Assembly: GCA_963850305.1 (NCBI GenBank)
Contig: CAWKKR010000001.1
Location: 672,001 to 736,000 of the forward strand
Source: an uncultured delta proteobacterium
GTDB taxonomy: Bacteria > Myxococcota_A > Polyangia > Polyangiales > Polyangiaceae
Direction of reading: 5' to 3'
Length of the DNA stretch: 64,000 bases
This document shows positions 1-9,941 of the stretch, piece after piece (the first letter of the stretch is position 1; every line of letters begins with the position of its first letter). The notes under the pieces are model-generated. The model was given only the letters and a program-made list of their open reading frames with translations, had not been told where the DNA came from and ran no database searches. The position numbers were made by a program, and so were the translations under genes.

Positions 1-705
1 CGAGCTGGCATGGGCCGACGCCGGCACCGGCGGTACGGCGGGCGTCCAGGTATTCCCGGCCTCGATGCCCAGGGGGGCCTTGCCGCGCAGCCGCAGCGCG
101 ACACTTCCTTCCTGGACACTGACGAGCGTCGTGCGCCCGTTCTCGGCGCTGACGGTGAACGTGGTTCCCGTGTCTTCCAGCTCGCCGTCGGGAAGGACCA
201 CGACGAGCCGGTGCGCCCGTGCAGCGCGGTCGACGTGAATCCGGAGCGAGCCATGCGCGAGGACGACCACCTCGCGGTCCCCATCCGTGCGCTCGGACCA
301 GGCCGTGGTGCCGTCCGCATGGATCACCGCGCGCGATGCGACGGGCTGCAAGGCTTCTCCGACGCGGCGCCCGCGCTGGACGACGAGAGCCCCGACCAGC
401 ACGGCGGCGATCGCAGCTGGCCACAGCAACCGGCCACGCGTTGCGCTCGGGCGCACGGATGCCAGCAACTCCCGGTCGAACGCACCCAGTAGTCGGATCC
501 TCTCGCGGTGCACTCGAACGCGGTCGGCATGCGCCGGAGCGCTTGCGCGGAGCGCCTGGGCAAGCGTCTCGAGCGCCTCGGCCTCGCGCGAGCAATCGGG
601 ACAGACGGCCAGGTGTCTCTCGAAGGCAGGGCGTTCGCCGTCGCCGAGGCGGCCGTCTCGCAGGGCTTCCGCCTCGAACAGTCTGGGGCAGGAGTGGCCG
701 CTCAC
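1..705 (-). CDS. Anti-sigma factor with N-terminal zinc finger (zf-HC2) and FecR-like domain; runs off the window edge
   Basis: Not in the ORF track. Manual translation from GTG at 705 (GTGA overlap with sigma stop) gives MSGHSCPRL...ERHLAVCPDC (HxxxCxxC), a TM segment LLWPAAIAAVLVGALVV, and FecR-like VVVLPDGELEDTGTTFTV...VSVQEGSV. Confidence 0.8.
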   Translation of the reverse strand, partial: MSGHSCPRLFEAEALRDGRLGDGERPAFERHLAVCPDCSREAEALETLAQALRASAPAHADRVRVHRERIRLLGAFDRELLASVRPSATRGRLLWPAAIAAVLVGALVVQRGRRVGEALQPVASRAVIHADGTTAWSERTDGDREVVVLAHGSLRIHVDRAARAHRLVVVLPDGELEDTGTTFTVSAENGRTTLVSVQEGSVALRLRGKAPLGIEAGNTWTPAVPPVPASAHASS

Positions 706-1283
706 GTTGCCTCGCTCTCTTCGAGCACTCGGCGGAGCTCGCGCCGGGCGGAGTGGAGCCTCGTCCAGACGGTACCGAGGGGAACTCCCAGCACGGCCGC
801 GATCTCCGCGCAGCTCAGACCCTCGACCTCGGCGAGCAGCAGCGTGATCCGTTTGACCTCGCTGATACGGCCCAGCGCTCGTTCGACGTCCGTCCGTACT
901 TGTAGCGCTGCACGAGGATCCGACGTCGTGGCCCGCACGGCACGCAACGACGACAGCACGGCCACGAAGCGGCCGAACACCTGGCGCCTGCGCCGCAGGA
1001 GCTGCGCCGCGATCCCGACGAGCCAGGGACGGCACGAGGGCCTGCCGTCGTAACGCGAGGCACTCTTCGCCGCGGCGAGGAAGGTCTCATGCATCAGGTC
1101 GTCCACGTCTTCGGCGTTGGACGTGGCTCGCGCGAGGAAGCGCCAGATCGGTCCGTGGTAACGGTCGTAGAGTTCACCCAGGGCACCGATTTCACCACCC
1201 GCGAGCCGTCGCATGAGCTCCGGATCGGAGGTCCGCGTGGCCTCGCCCAGCCGGGCAACTGGGTGCGTCGCGCCGCGGGTCAT
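702..1283 (-). CDS. ECF RNA polymerase sigma factor
   Basis: Region 2 (DVDDLMHETFL...RPWLVGIA) and region 4 (EGLSCAEIAAVLGVPLGTVWTRLHSARREL). Confidence 0.93.
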   Translation of the reverse strand: MTRGATHPVARLGEATRTSDPELMRRLAGGEIGALGELYDRYHGPIWRFLARATSNAEDVDDLMHETFLAAAKSASRYDGRPSCRPWLVGIAAQLLRRRRQVFGRFVAVLSSLRAVRATTSDPRAALQVRTDVERALGRISEVKRITLLLAEVEGLSCAEIAAVLGVPLGTVWTRLHSARRELRRVLEESEAT

Positions 1284-2299
1284 AGCGTCCCCACCGTGGC
1301 ACCGAGCGCGAGCCCCATCGTCCAGATCGGCAATCGGGAGGCACCGGACACGTCAGTGCTCCCCATGCGCGACGGGCCGAAGTCTCCTTCGACGCTGACG
1401 AAGGTGCGCAGCGGCGATCGCGCTCCGAACGTCACGCGGGCGTCGACGAGCCCGCGTGGCACCGTGCTCGAGCTCGACTCGGAGACGGCCTTGCCCGAGG
1501 TCGCGAGGCGCGTCTCGGTCGCGGTTCCTTGCAGCGCGGCGGCAGGCCCCGCGAAGAGATCCAGCGCCACGTTCTGGAACGGGAATCGACGACCGGCGAG
1601 GACGGCCAGCTCCAGTGCGCCGCCGTCGTGGGGACCGGGCGTGAGCATCCGGTAGCGATCCAGCCGCCCTTCGAAGCCGACGAGCCATCCGGAGAGCTCG
1701 AGAAACGACTGCGCGCCCGCACCCAGGCTCACCTGCCCGTCACCGATGCGCCCACCGGTGGCGACGGAAAGCTCGATCCGGAAAGCGCTCGAGGACGATC
1801 GGTTCGCCGGCGTCGGCTGATCGCGCTCCGGAGCCACGAGACCTGTCCTGAACGGCGTCTCTGTTCGACTCACGGAGGACTCGCCCGCGCGCGCGACGCT
1901 CGGGTTCGGTGAAGGCGGCGCAGACTCGGGCTGCGCTTCTTCCGGCGCAGCCGATGCGTCGCGCCGCGGCACGACGAGAAGCGCTTCGAGGGTCGGTACG
2001 ATGTTCTCCACTCGCGACACGGACCGAGCCGCGACCCGACCGTCGAGCAACGTCACCTTCACGTCGACCACGGCGTCCCGGACGGTGAGCGTGACGCGGG
2101 CGCACGAATCGACGTCGTCCCGCGCGTCGAAAGCGTCCCGAATGCGGCCAGTCAGCCCTGGCCAGCGGTAGTTCACGGCGGCGTCCGCTTCGACCGTGAT
2201 GGCTGAGCAGGAGCCTTCGCCGGCGAGAGCGGAGCGGCCACAAAGCATCGCGAGGAGGCTCACGACGACGGGAAGGGCAGCTGAGCGACGGCGAGTCAT
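1280..2299 (-). CDS. Secreted hypothetical protein with beta-strand-rich C-terminus, coupled to the ECF sigma gene
   Basis: Signal peptide, Pro-rich linker, alternating beta-strand pattern, 4-nt overlap with the sigma gene. Confidence 0.7.
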   Translation of the reverse strand: MTRRRSAALPVVVSLLAMLCGRSALAGEGSCSAITVEADAAVNYRWPGLTGRIRDAFDARDDVDSCARVTLTVRDAVVDVKVTLLDGRVAARSVSRVENIVPTLEALLVVPRRDASAAPEEAQPESAPPSPNPSVARAGESSVSRTETPFRTGLVAPERDQPTPANRSSSSAFRIELSVATGGRIGDGQVSLGAGAQSFLELSGWLVGFEGRLDRYRMLTPGPHDGGALELAVLAGRRFPFQNVALDLFAGPAAALQGTATETRLATSGKAVSESSSSTVPRGLVDARVTFGARSPLRTFVSVEGDFGPSRMGSTDVSGASRLPIWTMGLALGATVGTL

Positions 2300-2306
2300 T
2301 GCAAGC

Positions 2307-3377
2307 TCATTTCGGCTCCGTCCAGTCGACGCCGGAGTCCCCGCCCGCTCCGTACGCGTCGGCCTTGCCGCCGTGCAGCCGGAGGAGAATCACGAAGTAG
2401 ACCGCGACGAGAACCGCGGCGATGAACCACCACGAGAGTCCGGCGGAAAGCGATGACGGGGCGTTGGCCGCGTCGTCGATCGTCATCGAGCGAACGCCCG
2501 CGCGGGTCGATCGCAGCAGCACCGGATAGGCGCTCGCCGCAGCGAGGGCCACGAGGGACGCTACGAAGAGCGCCGAGCCGAGGAATGCCGCGCGCGCCGC
2601 GCCACGACGGCCCCGCTCCCAGCAGACCGCGAACGATACGAGCGCGGCGACGACCAGCAGCCACGCCGCCGGGCGAGACAGGAACGCCTCGACCGCGTCG
2701 TGTGCGTACCACCACGAGAGTGCCGTCACGAGGCCCCACATGGCCAGCGTCGGCGCGGCGAGGCGATTCGCGAGCGCCGAGCTCCGGTCCCGGACCGCAC
2801 CGTCGGTCCTGGTGGACAGGAAGCGCGCGCCGTGAAGCGAGAGCACGAGCGCGCCCAGGACCCCCGTCGACAGCGTGTAGCCGTCGATCACACCGAGCGA
2901 CAGCCGGGGCGAGCCGAGGGAGAACAGCTCGAGCGCGAAGTAGCCGTCCGGCTCCAGCGGGAAACCGCGAAGTACGTTGCCGAGCGCGACGCCGAGCAAC
3001 AGCGCGAGACTCGCGCTCGAGAGCTGGAACACCACGTCCCAGAAGCTCCGCCACAGACGGTCGCGAAGGTGGCTCCGGAACTCGATGGACACGCCGCGCA
3101 GCAGCGTCGCCCAGAGCACGAGGAACACGGCGAGGTAGAGCCCGGAGAGCGCCGCTGCGAGCACGCGGGAGAACGCGAGGAAGATCGTTCCGCCGGCCGC
3201 GAGCAGGAACACCTCGTTTCCGTCCCAGAACGGCCCGACCGCGGCGATCACCGCGCGCCGCTCTTCGTCCGTGTGCGCGACGATGCGGTGCAGCGCACCG
3301 GCGCCGAGATCGAATCCGTCCAGGACGACGTACGCGGCGAGGAGCGCCGCGAGCAGAACGAACCAGAGCTCAGCCAT
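2307..3377 (-). CDS. cydB: Cytochrome bd ubiquinol oxidase subunit II
   Basis: YVVLDGFDLGAG, GPFWDGNEVFL, LRGVSIEFR; start at MAELWF. Confidence 0.95.
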   Translation of the reverse strand: MAELWFVLLAALLAAYVVLDGFDLGAGALHRIVAHTDEERRAVIAAVGPFWDGNEVFLLAAGGTIFLAFSRVLAAALSGLYLAVFLVLWATLLRGVSIEFRSHLRDRLWRSFWDVVFQLSSASLALLLGVALGNVLRGFPLEPDGYFALELFSLGSPRLSLGVIDGYTLSTGVLGALVLSLHGARFLSTRTDGAVRDRSSALANRLAAPTLAMWGLVTALSWWYAHDAVEAFLSRPAAWLLVVAALVSFAVCWERGRRGAARAAFLGSALFVASLVALAAASAYPVLLRSTRAGVRSMTIDDAANAPSSLSAGLSWWFIAAVLVAVYFVILLRLHGGKADAYGAGGDSGVDWTEPK

Positions 3378-4782
3378 GCGCCGCCTCCCCGCCGCCCGGC
3401 GACGGCAGGGCGCCCCCCTCCCCCGGCCCATGCACTATCTCGCGCCCCGCGAGGAACACGTAGAGCAACCCGAGCACGAAGTAGAGGCCCGCGAAGCCGA
3501 TCAGCGTGAACACCGTGTTGCCCGCGTGAACGCGCGGGCTCGCGCCCTGGGCCGTCCGAAAGAGCCCGTACACGAGCCACGGCTGCCTGCCGAGCTCCGC
3601 CGTCAACCAGCCCGCCGTCGTCGCGATGTAGGGCGCCGGGAACGCGAGCATCAGCGCCCAGAGCAGCGCGCGCGACCGCTCGAGAAAGCGCAGAAACAAG
3701 GCGAGATTCGCGAGCGCCATGAGACCGATCATCAGCGTGCCGAGGCCGGCCATGACGTGGAACGAGTAGTAGAGGAGCTCGATGTTGCCCGGCCACGCAT
3801 CCCGCGGGAACTCGAGGAGGCCCTGGACATCGTCGCGGGTCTTTCCGAACGCGAGGAACGAGAGCGCATCGGGGATATTCACGGGATTGTCGAGGCGGCG
3901 CTTCTCCACGTTCGGCTGCCCGATGATCGTGATCTCCGCCCTCGGCCCGCCGTGAAACCGGCCCTCCATGGCCGCGAGCGCGACCGGCTGGTAGCGCGCC
4001 ACGGCCTTCGCCTGTCGATCGCCCGTGGGGAACGCGACGAGGACGGTCGATGCCAGACCCGCGACGAGCGCGACGCGCAGCGACCGGCGCGCCCCCTCCA
4101 CGTGGACGCCCCGGAGCAACCAGAACGCGGCCACCGCGCACACCACGAACGACGCCGTCACGACGCTTGCGGCCATGGTGTGCGCGTATTCGAAGATCCC
4201 CCACGGGTTCGCGAGCAGCCCGGCGAGGCTCTGGACGAAGAGCCTCCCGTCCGCAGCGACGCCGTACCCCGTCGGGTGCTGCATGAACGCGTTCGTCGTC
4301 ACGATGAAGTAGCCGGATGCCCAGCTCCCGACGAACAGCGCCGCGGCCGCGCCGAGGTGAGCGCGCGGCGACAGTTTCTTCTCGCCGAAAACCAGGAGCC
4401 CCAGGAACGTGCTCTCCAGAAAGAACGCGAACATCCCCTCCATCGCGAGGGTCTGGCCGATGACGCCGCCGGCGAACTCCGAGAACCGGGCCCAGTTCGT
4501 GCCGAACTGGAACTCCATCGGGATGCCCGTGACGACTCCCACGGTGAAGTTCAATCCGAAGAGGCGCGTCCAGAACCGAGCCACGTCCGCATCCCGTTCG
4601 TCGCCGGAGCGGTACGCGACGATCTTCATCACGAACAGCAGCAGCGCGAGCCCCATCGTTAGCTGCGGGAACAGATAGTGATAGACGATGGTGAACGCGA
4701 ACTGCAGCCGATCCCAGAACAGCGCGCCGCCCCCCGCCGCCGTTCGGGCCGCAGCCTCCGCGCCCCCGCCGAATGTCGTCAT
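3370..4782 (-). CDS. cydA: Cytochrome bd ubiquinol oxidase subunit I
   Basis: RLQFAFTIVYHYLFP, EFQFGTNW, AFFLES, NAFMQHP, ELGRQPW; start reassigned to MTTFGG. Confidence 0.95.
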   Translation of the reverse strand: MTTFGGGAEAAARTAAGGGALFWDRLQFAFTIVYHYLFPQLTMGLALLLFVMKIVAYRSGDERDADVARFWTRLFGLNFTVGVVTGIPMEFQFGTNWARFSEFAGGVIGQTLAMEGMFAFFLESTFLGLLVFGEKKLSPRAHLGAAAALFVGSWASGYFIVTTNAFMQHPTGYGVAADGRLFVQSLAGLLANPWGIFEYAHTMAASVVTASFVVCAVAAFWLLRGVHVEGARRSLRVALVAGLASTVLVAFPTGDRQAKAVARYQPVALAAMEGRFHGGPRAEITIIGQPNVEKRRLDNPVNIPDALSFLAFGKTRDDVQGLLEFPRDAWPGNIELLYYSFHVMAGLGTLMIGLMALANLALFLRFLERSRALLWALMLAFPAPYIATTAGWLTAELGRQPWLVYGLFRTAQGASPRVHAGNTVFTLIGFAGLYFVLGLLYVFLAGREIVHGPGEGGALPSPGGGEAAHG

Positions 4783-4872
4783 CCGGATGCCGTTCGGGAG
4801 GATCCGCCGATCGCGCTCATGGCCCGAATCTCTTCGCTGCGCAGCGGGTGCGCAACGGATTTCGCCGGCCCC

Positions 4873-4945
4873 TTGTCGCGCCGCGGAACTTGCCTGCCGC
4901 CTCGCGAACGGCCTTGCCGCCTCGCGGAACGCCCTTGCCGCCTCT
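4873..4945. repeat. Three to four imperfect ~20-21 bp direct repeats upstream of cydA
   Basis: TGCCGCCTCGCG(G)AACG(G/C)CCT repeated. Confidence 0.55.
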
Positions 4946-5079
4946 GAGCGACCGCGCCGGAGCGCCGTAGACACGGCGCGCAGGACAAATGATAGTAGGT
5001 CCGCATCGACGCGCGCGTCGTCCCCCAAAGGATCGAAGAGCTGCGGAACTACGCGAGCGGAGCGAGCCCGCCGAAGGCG

Positions 5080-6055
5080 GTGGGGGGAGCGGGCGCGCCA
5101 GCGAGCCGCGGGGGGCCGAGGCATCCTTTTCCCAGTACGCTGGTGGCTCTCGTCGTATTGCTCGATGTTCTGACGGCGTGCGCCCGTCCCGCGGCGGCTC
5201 CTGCGGCCGTCGCGTCGCCGCCGAACGGCGTTGCGCCAGCGGCCCTGACGCCGACGACCGTCGGGGCGACGTCGAATGGCGCCGCGACGTCGAATGGAAG
5301 GCCCGATGCCGTCTCGGTGCCCCCCGCTGGGATGAGCGAACTGGCCGTCGAAGGCTTCGAGCCCGCGACGGTTTCGTTCCCGAAAGGCGCGCACGGAAAG
5401 ATGCCGCTCCTCGTCGTCGCGCACGGAGCGGGCGACACGCCGGGCGCGTTGTGTCGTGCGTTCCGGGAGCTCGTCGGAGAGCGTGGCGTGATCTCTGTGT
5501 CCCTCGGGACCGCGCCGGTTCAGTTACGCGGAAGGCCGGTATTTCCCGGACCATCCGACGCTCGAAAAAATCGTGCTCGCGTCCACGGCTGCGCTCGTTC
5601 GAGCATATCCGGAGTTCGTCGACGCCGCGAACGCGACGTACGCCGGCTACTCACAGGGCGCGATGATGGGCGCGCTGATGATTCCCGCGCACGGGGCTCT
5701 GTTCCCGCGACTCATCTTGGTCGAAGGCGGCTCCGCCGAATGGTCTCCGGATCACGCCTCGCTCTACCGAAAGAACGGCGGACAGCGCGTGCTCTTCGCG
5801 TGCGGGCGTCAGAAGTGTCAGAGCGACGCACGGGAGACGGCTCGATGGCTCGCTCGCACCGGCCTCGAGACGCGCGTCGTCCTCGGCAACGGTGGACACA
5901 CTTTTCTGAGGGGTGTCAGCGGCGCCGTACACGACGCGTTCGATTGGGTCGTCGCGGACGATCCGAGATGGTCGTCGAGCGTCCTCCCCGGGCAAGGTCC
6001 CGAGGGGCGGCACGCGGAGCTCACGATCCACGATGCGGTCCAGGCGCCGCGGTAG
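5080..6055 (+). pseudogene. Alpha/beta hydrolase-like lipoprotein with one frameshift near 5495 (possible sequencing error)
   Basis: LLVVAHGAG in one frame; GYSQGA nucleophile elbow and GGH in the next frame; start uncertain. Confidence 0.7.
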
Positions 6056-6118
6056 AACCTCCAGTGACGAAGGCAGCAAGTTTCGCCGAGGGCCGAGCAC
6101 CCTCGTGGGGCCGAAGAG

Positions 6119-6403
6119 CTACGTTTGCCTTCGTTGACCGCGCGCGAGCTTCGCCACTTCCGACAGCTTTCGACGCGTCTCCAGGAGCTCGGATCTGAGC
6201 TTCAAGATCACTTCCACGCCGGCCCAGTTCACTTCGAGCTCCCGGACGAGGACGTGGGCGACGCGCGCGTGCTCGGCCGCTTCCGGCGAATACCTGTCGC
6301 CCGTAGCGCGCTGAATCACGCCCAGCTCTTCCAGCCGTTCGACGACTTCTCGATCCCCATCCAGGAACTCCAGGAGCATTTCGATGGTGAACGATTTCGT
6401 CAT
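6119..6403 (-). CDS. cbpM: CbpM-like chaperone modulator (MerR-type HTH)
   Basis: [16 protein letters not shown]; coupled to the DnaJ-class gene. Confidence 0.75.
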   Translation of the reverse strand: MTKSFTIEMLLEFLDGDREVVERLEELGVIQRATGDRYSPEAAEHARVAHVLVRELEVNWAGVEVILKLRSELLETRRKLSEVAKLARGQRRQT

Positions 6404-7305
6404 AAGTGGACCCCTTCACGCACTGGTTTCTCGTATGCCGTCTTGGTGCGCGCGAGTGCCGCGGCGAGCTCCGGATCTTCTTTCTGGGGCAGTCTGACGT
6501 CCAGGACCGCGTAGAGATCCCCCTGTTTCGTCCCTCGCGTGACACCCTTGCCCTTCAGGCGAAGCGTCTGCCCCTGTTGCGAGCGCGGCGGGATCCGAAG
6601 ACGTACGGAGCCGTCCGGCGTCGGCACGTCTACCTCCGCGCCGTTGTAAGCCTCGTCCAGGGTCACCGGCAGCGTCAACGTGAGGTCCAGGCCTTCTCTC
6701 CGAAAATGCGGGTGAGCTCGCACCCGTGTCTCGATGATCAGATCCCCGGGCGGCGCGTTGCCTTCGCCTGGCGCACCGCGACCTTTCACGACCAAGCGCG
6801 AGCCGTCCTCCGCGCCTCTCGGAATGCGAACGGTGATGGGCTCGTCGCTCGACGGCAAGCGGAACGACACCTCCTTGCCGCGCAGCGCCTCGGCGAGATC
6901 CAGCTCGACGAGACCGACGACGTCTTCCCCCTGTCGAGGTCCGGAACGAAACGGTGATGCGTTCCCAAAAAAATCCCCGAAATCGAAGTCGTGAACTTCT
7001 TCCGAGAACGGCCTGCCGGTCCTGTTTCGTCCGTCCTGCCACTTCCGGTAGGTCCGCGCCTGCTCCGGATCGAACCCGCCGCGCAAGCCTTCTTCGCCGA
7101 ACTCATCGTAGAGCTTTCGCTTCTCCGCGTCCGAGAGCACTTCGTAGGCGGCGGAGATCTCCTTGAACTTTGCTTCGGCGCCCTTGTCGCCCGGATTGAC
7201 GTCCGGGTGGTGCTTTCGCGCAAGCTTGCGGTACTCGCTCCGGATCTCCGTCTCCGTTGCCGTCTTCGGGACGCCGAGTAGCTCGTAAAGATCTCTGTCT
7301 GCCAT
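6400..7305 (-). CDS. cbpA: DnaJ-class chaperone (CbpA-like, no zinc finger)
   Basis: J domain with HPD, G/F region, DnaJ C-terminal domain. Confidence 0.9.
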   Translation of the reverse strand: MADRDLYELLGVPKTATETEIRSEYRKLARKHHPDVNPGDKGAEAKFKEISAAYEVLSDAEKRKLYDEFGEEGLRGGFDPEQARTYRKWQDGRNRTGRPFSEEVHDFDFGDFFGNASPFRSGPRQGEDVVGLVELDLAEALRGKEVSFRLPSSDEPITVRIPRGAEDGSRLVVKGRGAPGEGNAPPGDLIIETRVRAHPHFRREGLDLTLTLPVTLDEAYNGAEVDVPTPDGSVRLRIPPRSQQGQTLRLKGKGVTRGTKQGDLYAVLDVRLPQKEDPELAAALARTKTAYEKPVREGVHL

Positions 7306-7421
7306 TCGCCCCTTCTGTTTAACGAAGTTCTACTAGACTGGAAGGCGTCTCGGCTGCAACGGTGCGTCGCGGGGCTTGGGCCGGGGAGGCCCATGGCAGG
7401 GGTGGGCGGGGTTGCCGTCGA

Positions 7422-9848
7422 TCAGAAGGACGCCTCGACGCCGACGCTGGGGATGGTGATGGGCCCGACGGCTGCATGTTTGCACTGCGTGGTCGCCGGG
7501 CTCTGGGGGCTCGTCTGGTCCCCCACGCAGCTCAACCCGAATGGAGTCGTCTCCTTGCTGAGCGTCACGTTCTGGCCTTCGGCGATGAAGGCGATGTAGC
7601 CGTCTCGCCCGAGCGGCCAGCGCTTCTCGAGCCGGACATCGAGCCGGAAGAAGGGCGGATCGCGGTGGTCGTTGTAAGGGGCAACCGGTACGTTCCCGGC
7701 GAGATTCGAGTACGGAGTCCCCGAGAGGAACACGAAGCGTGCCCCGGCGCTCCATCGCCGGCCCAGGTCGTACGCGAGGATGGCGTTCAGAATGTGGGTG
7801 CGATCATAGTCGCTCGGCACCGTGGCGACGGCGTCTCCCCCCGTGGCCGTGACGAAATGTTCGTCGCGCGTCGATCGCGACAGCGTGTAGGACAGCCAGC
7901 CACTGAGGCGCTTCGAGAGAGGCCTCCGCAGGAGCACCTCGACCCCGTACGCGACGCCGTGGACGGGATCGTCGCTGGGACACGCGTACGGGGGCGGCGG
8001 GGGCGGGTTGTCGCCGTTCTGAGGCGGACTCGTTGGTGGCATGATCCGAATGCAATCGGTGGTGAGGTCGGTGAGGCCCGACCATTCCGACAGGAACCCG
8101 GTCGTCGTGAGCGTGAAGTCGGCGGGAAGCGTCACCTCCACACCCTCGCTGGCCTGCGCGGCCGTCTGCAACTGGGGACCCCCGAGCGCGAACCCGGGCA
8201 CCGACAAGAGCATGGCGGGGATCGCTCCGACTCGCAGGGCGGGGTACTGGTGCGACAGCCCGAGGCTCGAGAGCCAGGTGACGGAGGGCGTGAGGCCCAC
8301 GCGCACCGATAGCCTGGGATCGAACGCGGGGACCGTGGCGGTGGTGCCGGCGCGTGTCGACTCGAAGACGTCGGCGCGAACTCCCGGCACGATCTCCACG
8401 CGCGGAGCGACGCGCCAGACCATGTCGGCGTGCGCATCCCCGGTGAGGTTGGTCGGTGGAGGATCGGCGCTCGATGCAATCTGAGACTCCGGAAACCCGT
8501 CGGGATCCGTCGGCGCCTGTCCCTGCGCGAACCCGTAGCTTTCGAGCCGCACGTCGGCGCCGCCTCGTACCCGCACCGCGGGGGACGCCTCGGTGTCGAC
8601 CTCGAGCCGCGCGGCGATGGATCGATTGGTGATGGTGGTCACCGCGGTTCCGTCGCCTGCGCCTGCGCCGCCTTGCGAGTCATAGCCGCCGGTTACTGCG
8701 ACGCGCAGGTGGCCGTTGTCGAGCGCACGATCGTAGCGCAGGTCGATCCGGTGAAAGTCCGAGCCGAGCTGCTCGACGACGGGCCCCGTCTGGCCGTTCC
8801 TGGTTTCGGCAGTGCCGAGGTAATCGTGGCTCCCGAACGCGAACACGCCCAGAGTGTCTCGATCGCCCACGCGGAAGGTGCCGCGCGCCTGGTAGTCCCA
8901 GTAACCGAGCTTCACGCTCGACGTGATCGCGCCGAGGATCGGACCCGGGTACCCGTAACGGGCGGCGACGAGCACGCTCGCTCGACCGTCGTCGAGAGGA
9001 GACTCGAGCAGGGCCCCTGCATCGACGAGGCGCAAGTTTACTTCACCGTGCCTCGCTTCTGCTGGGCCGCGCGTCTGGCCGGCGATCACTGCCCCCGCGG
9101 ACCCTCCGTAAGCAGCAGGGGCAGCACCCGGGTAGAAGTCGACGTGATCGATCAATGCGGGATGGATGACTCCCTCGCCGATCCCCACATGGAAGAGCAA
9201 CGGCACGCGGATGCCGTCGACGAAGTATGCGTTGTCGTTCGGCGGAGCTCCGCGGATGTAAAAGAATGGCAAACCGCTCACGACTGGGGTCACGCCGGGC
9301 AACGCCTCTATGGCGCGGAACGGATCGCCAAAGGCGCCGGGCATCTCGCGGATGTCCGCGGCAACGAGGGTCGTCTTGCCGGCTTCCTGCCGCTCGCGCC
9401 GCTTGGAGTGGACGGTGACCTCGACGGGCGGCTCCGAAGTGGCCGCCGATTGCGCCGACGGCGTGGGGGCCATCGAGGTCTGCGCTGCTCCGGGCTCCGC
9501 GCCGGGCGGCGGAGGAGTGGGCTGACTCCGGAACTCCACGCGAGCGCGGATCCGTGCCGCGACCGCGGTGCTGCCCCGATGCGCCGGAGTGAACCGCCAC
9601 CCGAGCACCGTGCGGCGCGCCTCCCCGGCGAACGGCTCCGCGCCCTCGGTCACCACGGCACTCGTGACCTTGCCGTCCTTGTCGACGACCAGATCGAGAA
9701 GGACGCTCGCGTCGCCGTTGCCGCCCGGAGGGTAGGCCACGGCCGTGTTGCTCTTCACTACGGGTGGAGTCGTTACCGGCGGGCTCTGGGCCAGCGCGGG
9801 TGCCGTGGCCAGCAGAAATGCAATACCAATCGTCAAGCGAAGGAACAA
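7422..9848 (-). CDS. TonB-dependent receptor with N-terminal TonB C-terminal-like domain
   Basis: Signal peptide, YPP...VDKDGKV...WRFTPA, plug GDPFRAIEALPGV/IRGA, C-terminal Phe. Confidence 0.88.
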   Translation of the reverse strand: MFLRLTIGIAFLLATAPALAQSPPVTTPPVVKSNTAVAYPPGGNGDASVLLDLVVDKDGKVTSAVVTEGAEPFAGEARRTVLGWRFTPAHRGSTAVAARIRARVEFRSQPTPPPPGAEPGAAQTSMAPTPSAQSAATSEPPVEVTVHSKRRERQEAGKTTLVAADIREMPGAFGDPFRAIEALPGVTPVVSGLPFFYIRGAPPNDNAYFVDGIRVPLLFHVGIGEGVIHPALIDHVDFYPGAAPAAYGGSAGAVIAGQTRGPAEARHGEVNLRLVDAGALLESPLDDGRASVLVAARYGYPGPILGAITSSVKLGYWDYQARGTFRVGDRDTLGVFAFGSHDYLGTAETRNGQTGPVVEQLGSDFHRIDLRYDRALDNGHLRVAVTGGYDSQGGAGAGDGTAVTTITNRSIAARLEVDTEASPAVRVRGGADVRLESYGFAQGQAPTDPDGFPESQIASSADPPPTNLTGDAHADMVWRVAPRVEIVPGVRADVFESTRAGTTATVPAFDPRLSVRVGLTPSVTWLSSLGLSHQYPALRVGAIPAMLLSVPGFALGGPQLQTAAQASEGVEVTLPADFTLTTTGFLSEWSGLTDLTTDCIRIMPPTSPPQNGDNPPPPPPYACPSDDPVHGVAYGVEVLLRRPLSKRLSGWLSYTLSRSTRDEHFVTATGGDAVATVPSDYDRTHILNAILAYDLGRRWSAGARFVFLSGTPYSNLAGNVPVAPYNDHRDPPFFRLDVRLEKRWPLGRDGYIAFIAEGQNVTLSKETTPFGLSCVGDQTSPQSPATTQCKHAAVGPITIPSVGVEASF

Positions 9849-9941
9849 AGGTCGCCTCGCACGTCTTCACGCGGGGGCGTGGTTTCCTTCACGATGACCC
9901 GAACCGGCGTGCCGCCAGGAAAGTCGCGCGCGAGGCCGCGT

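Noticed and set aside
4783..5424. N-terminal extension of CydA
   Set aside because: Arg-rich, non-homologous and antisense to another gene
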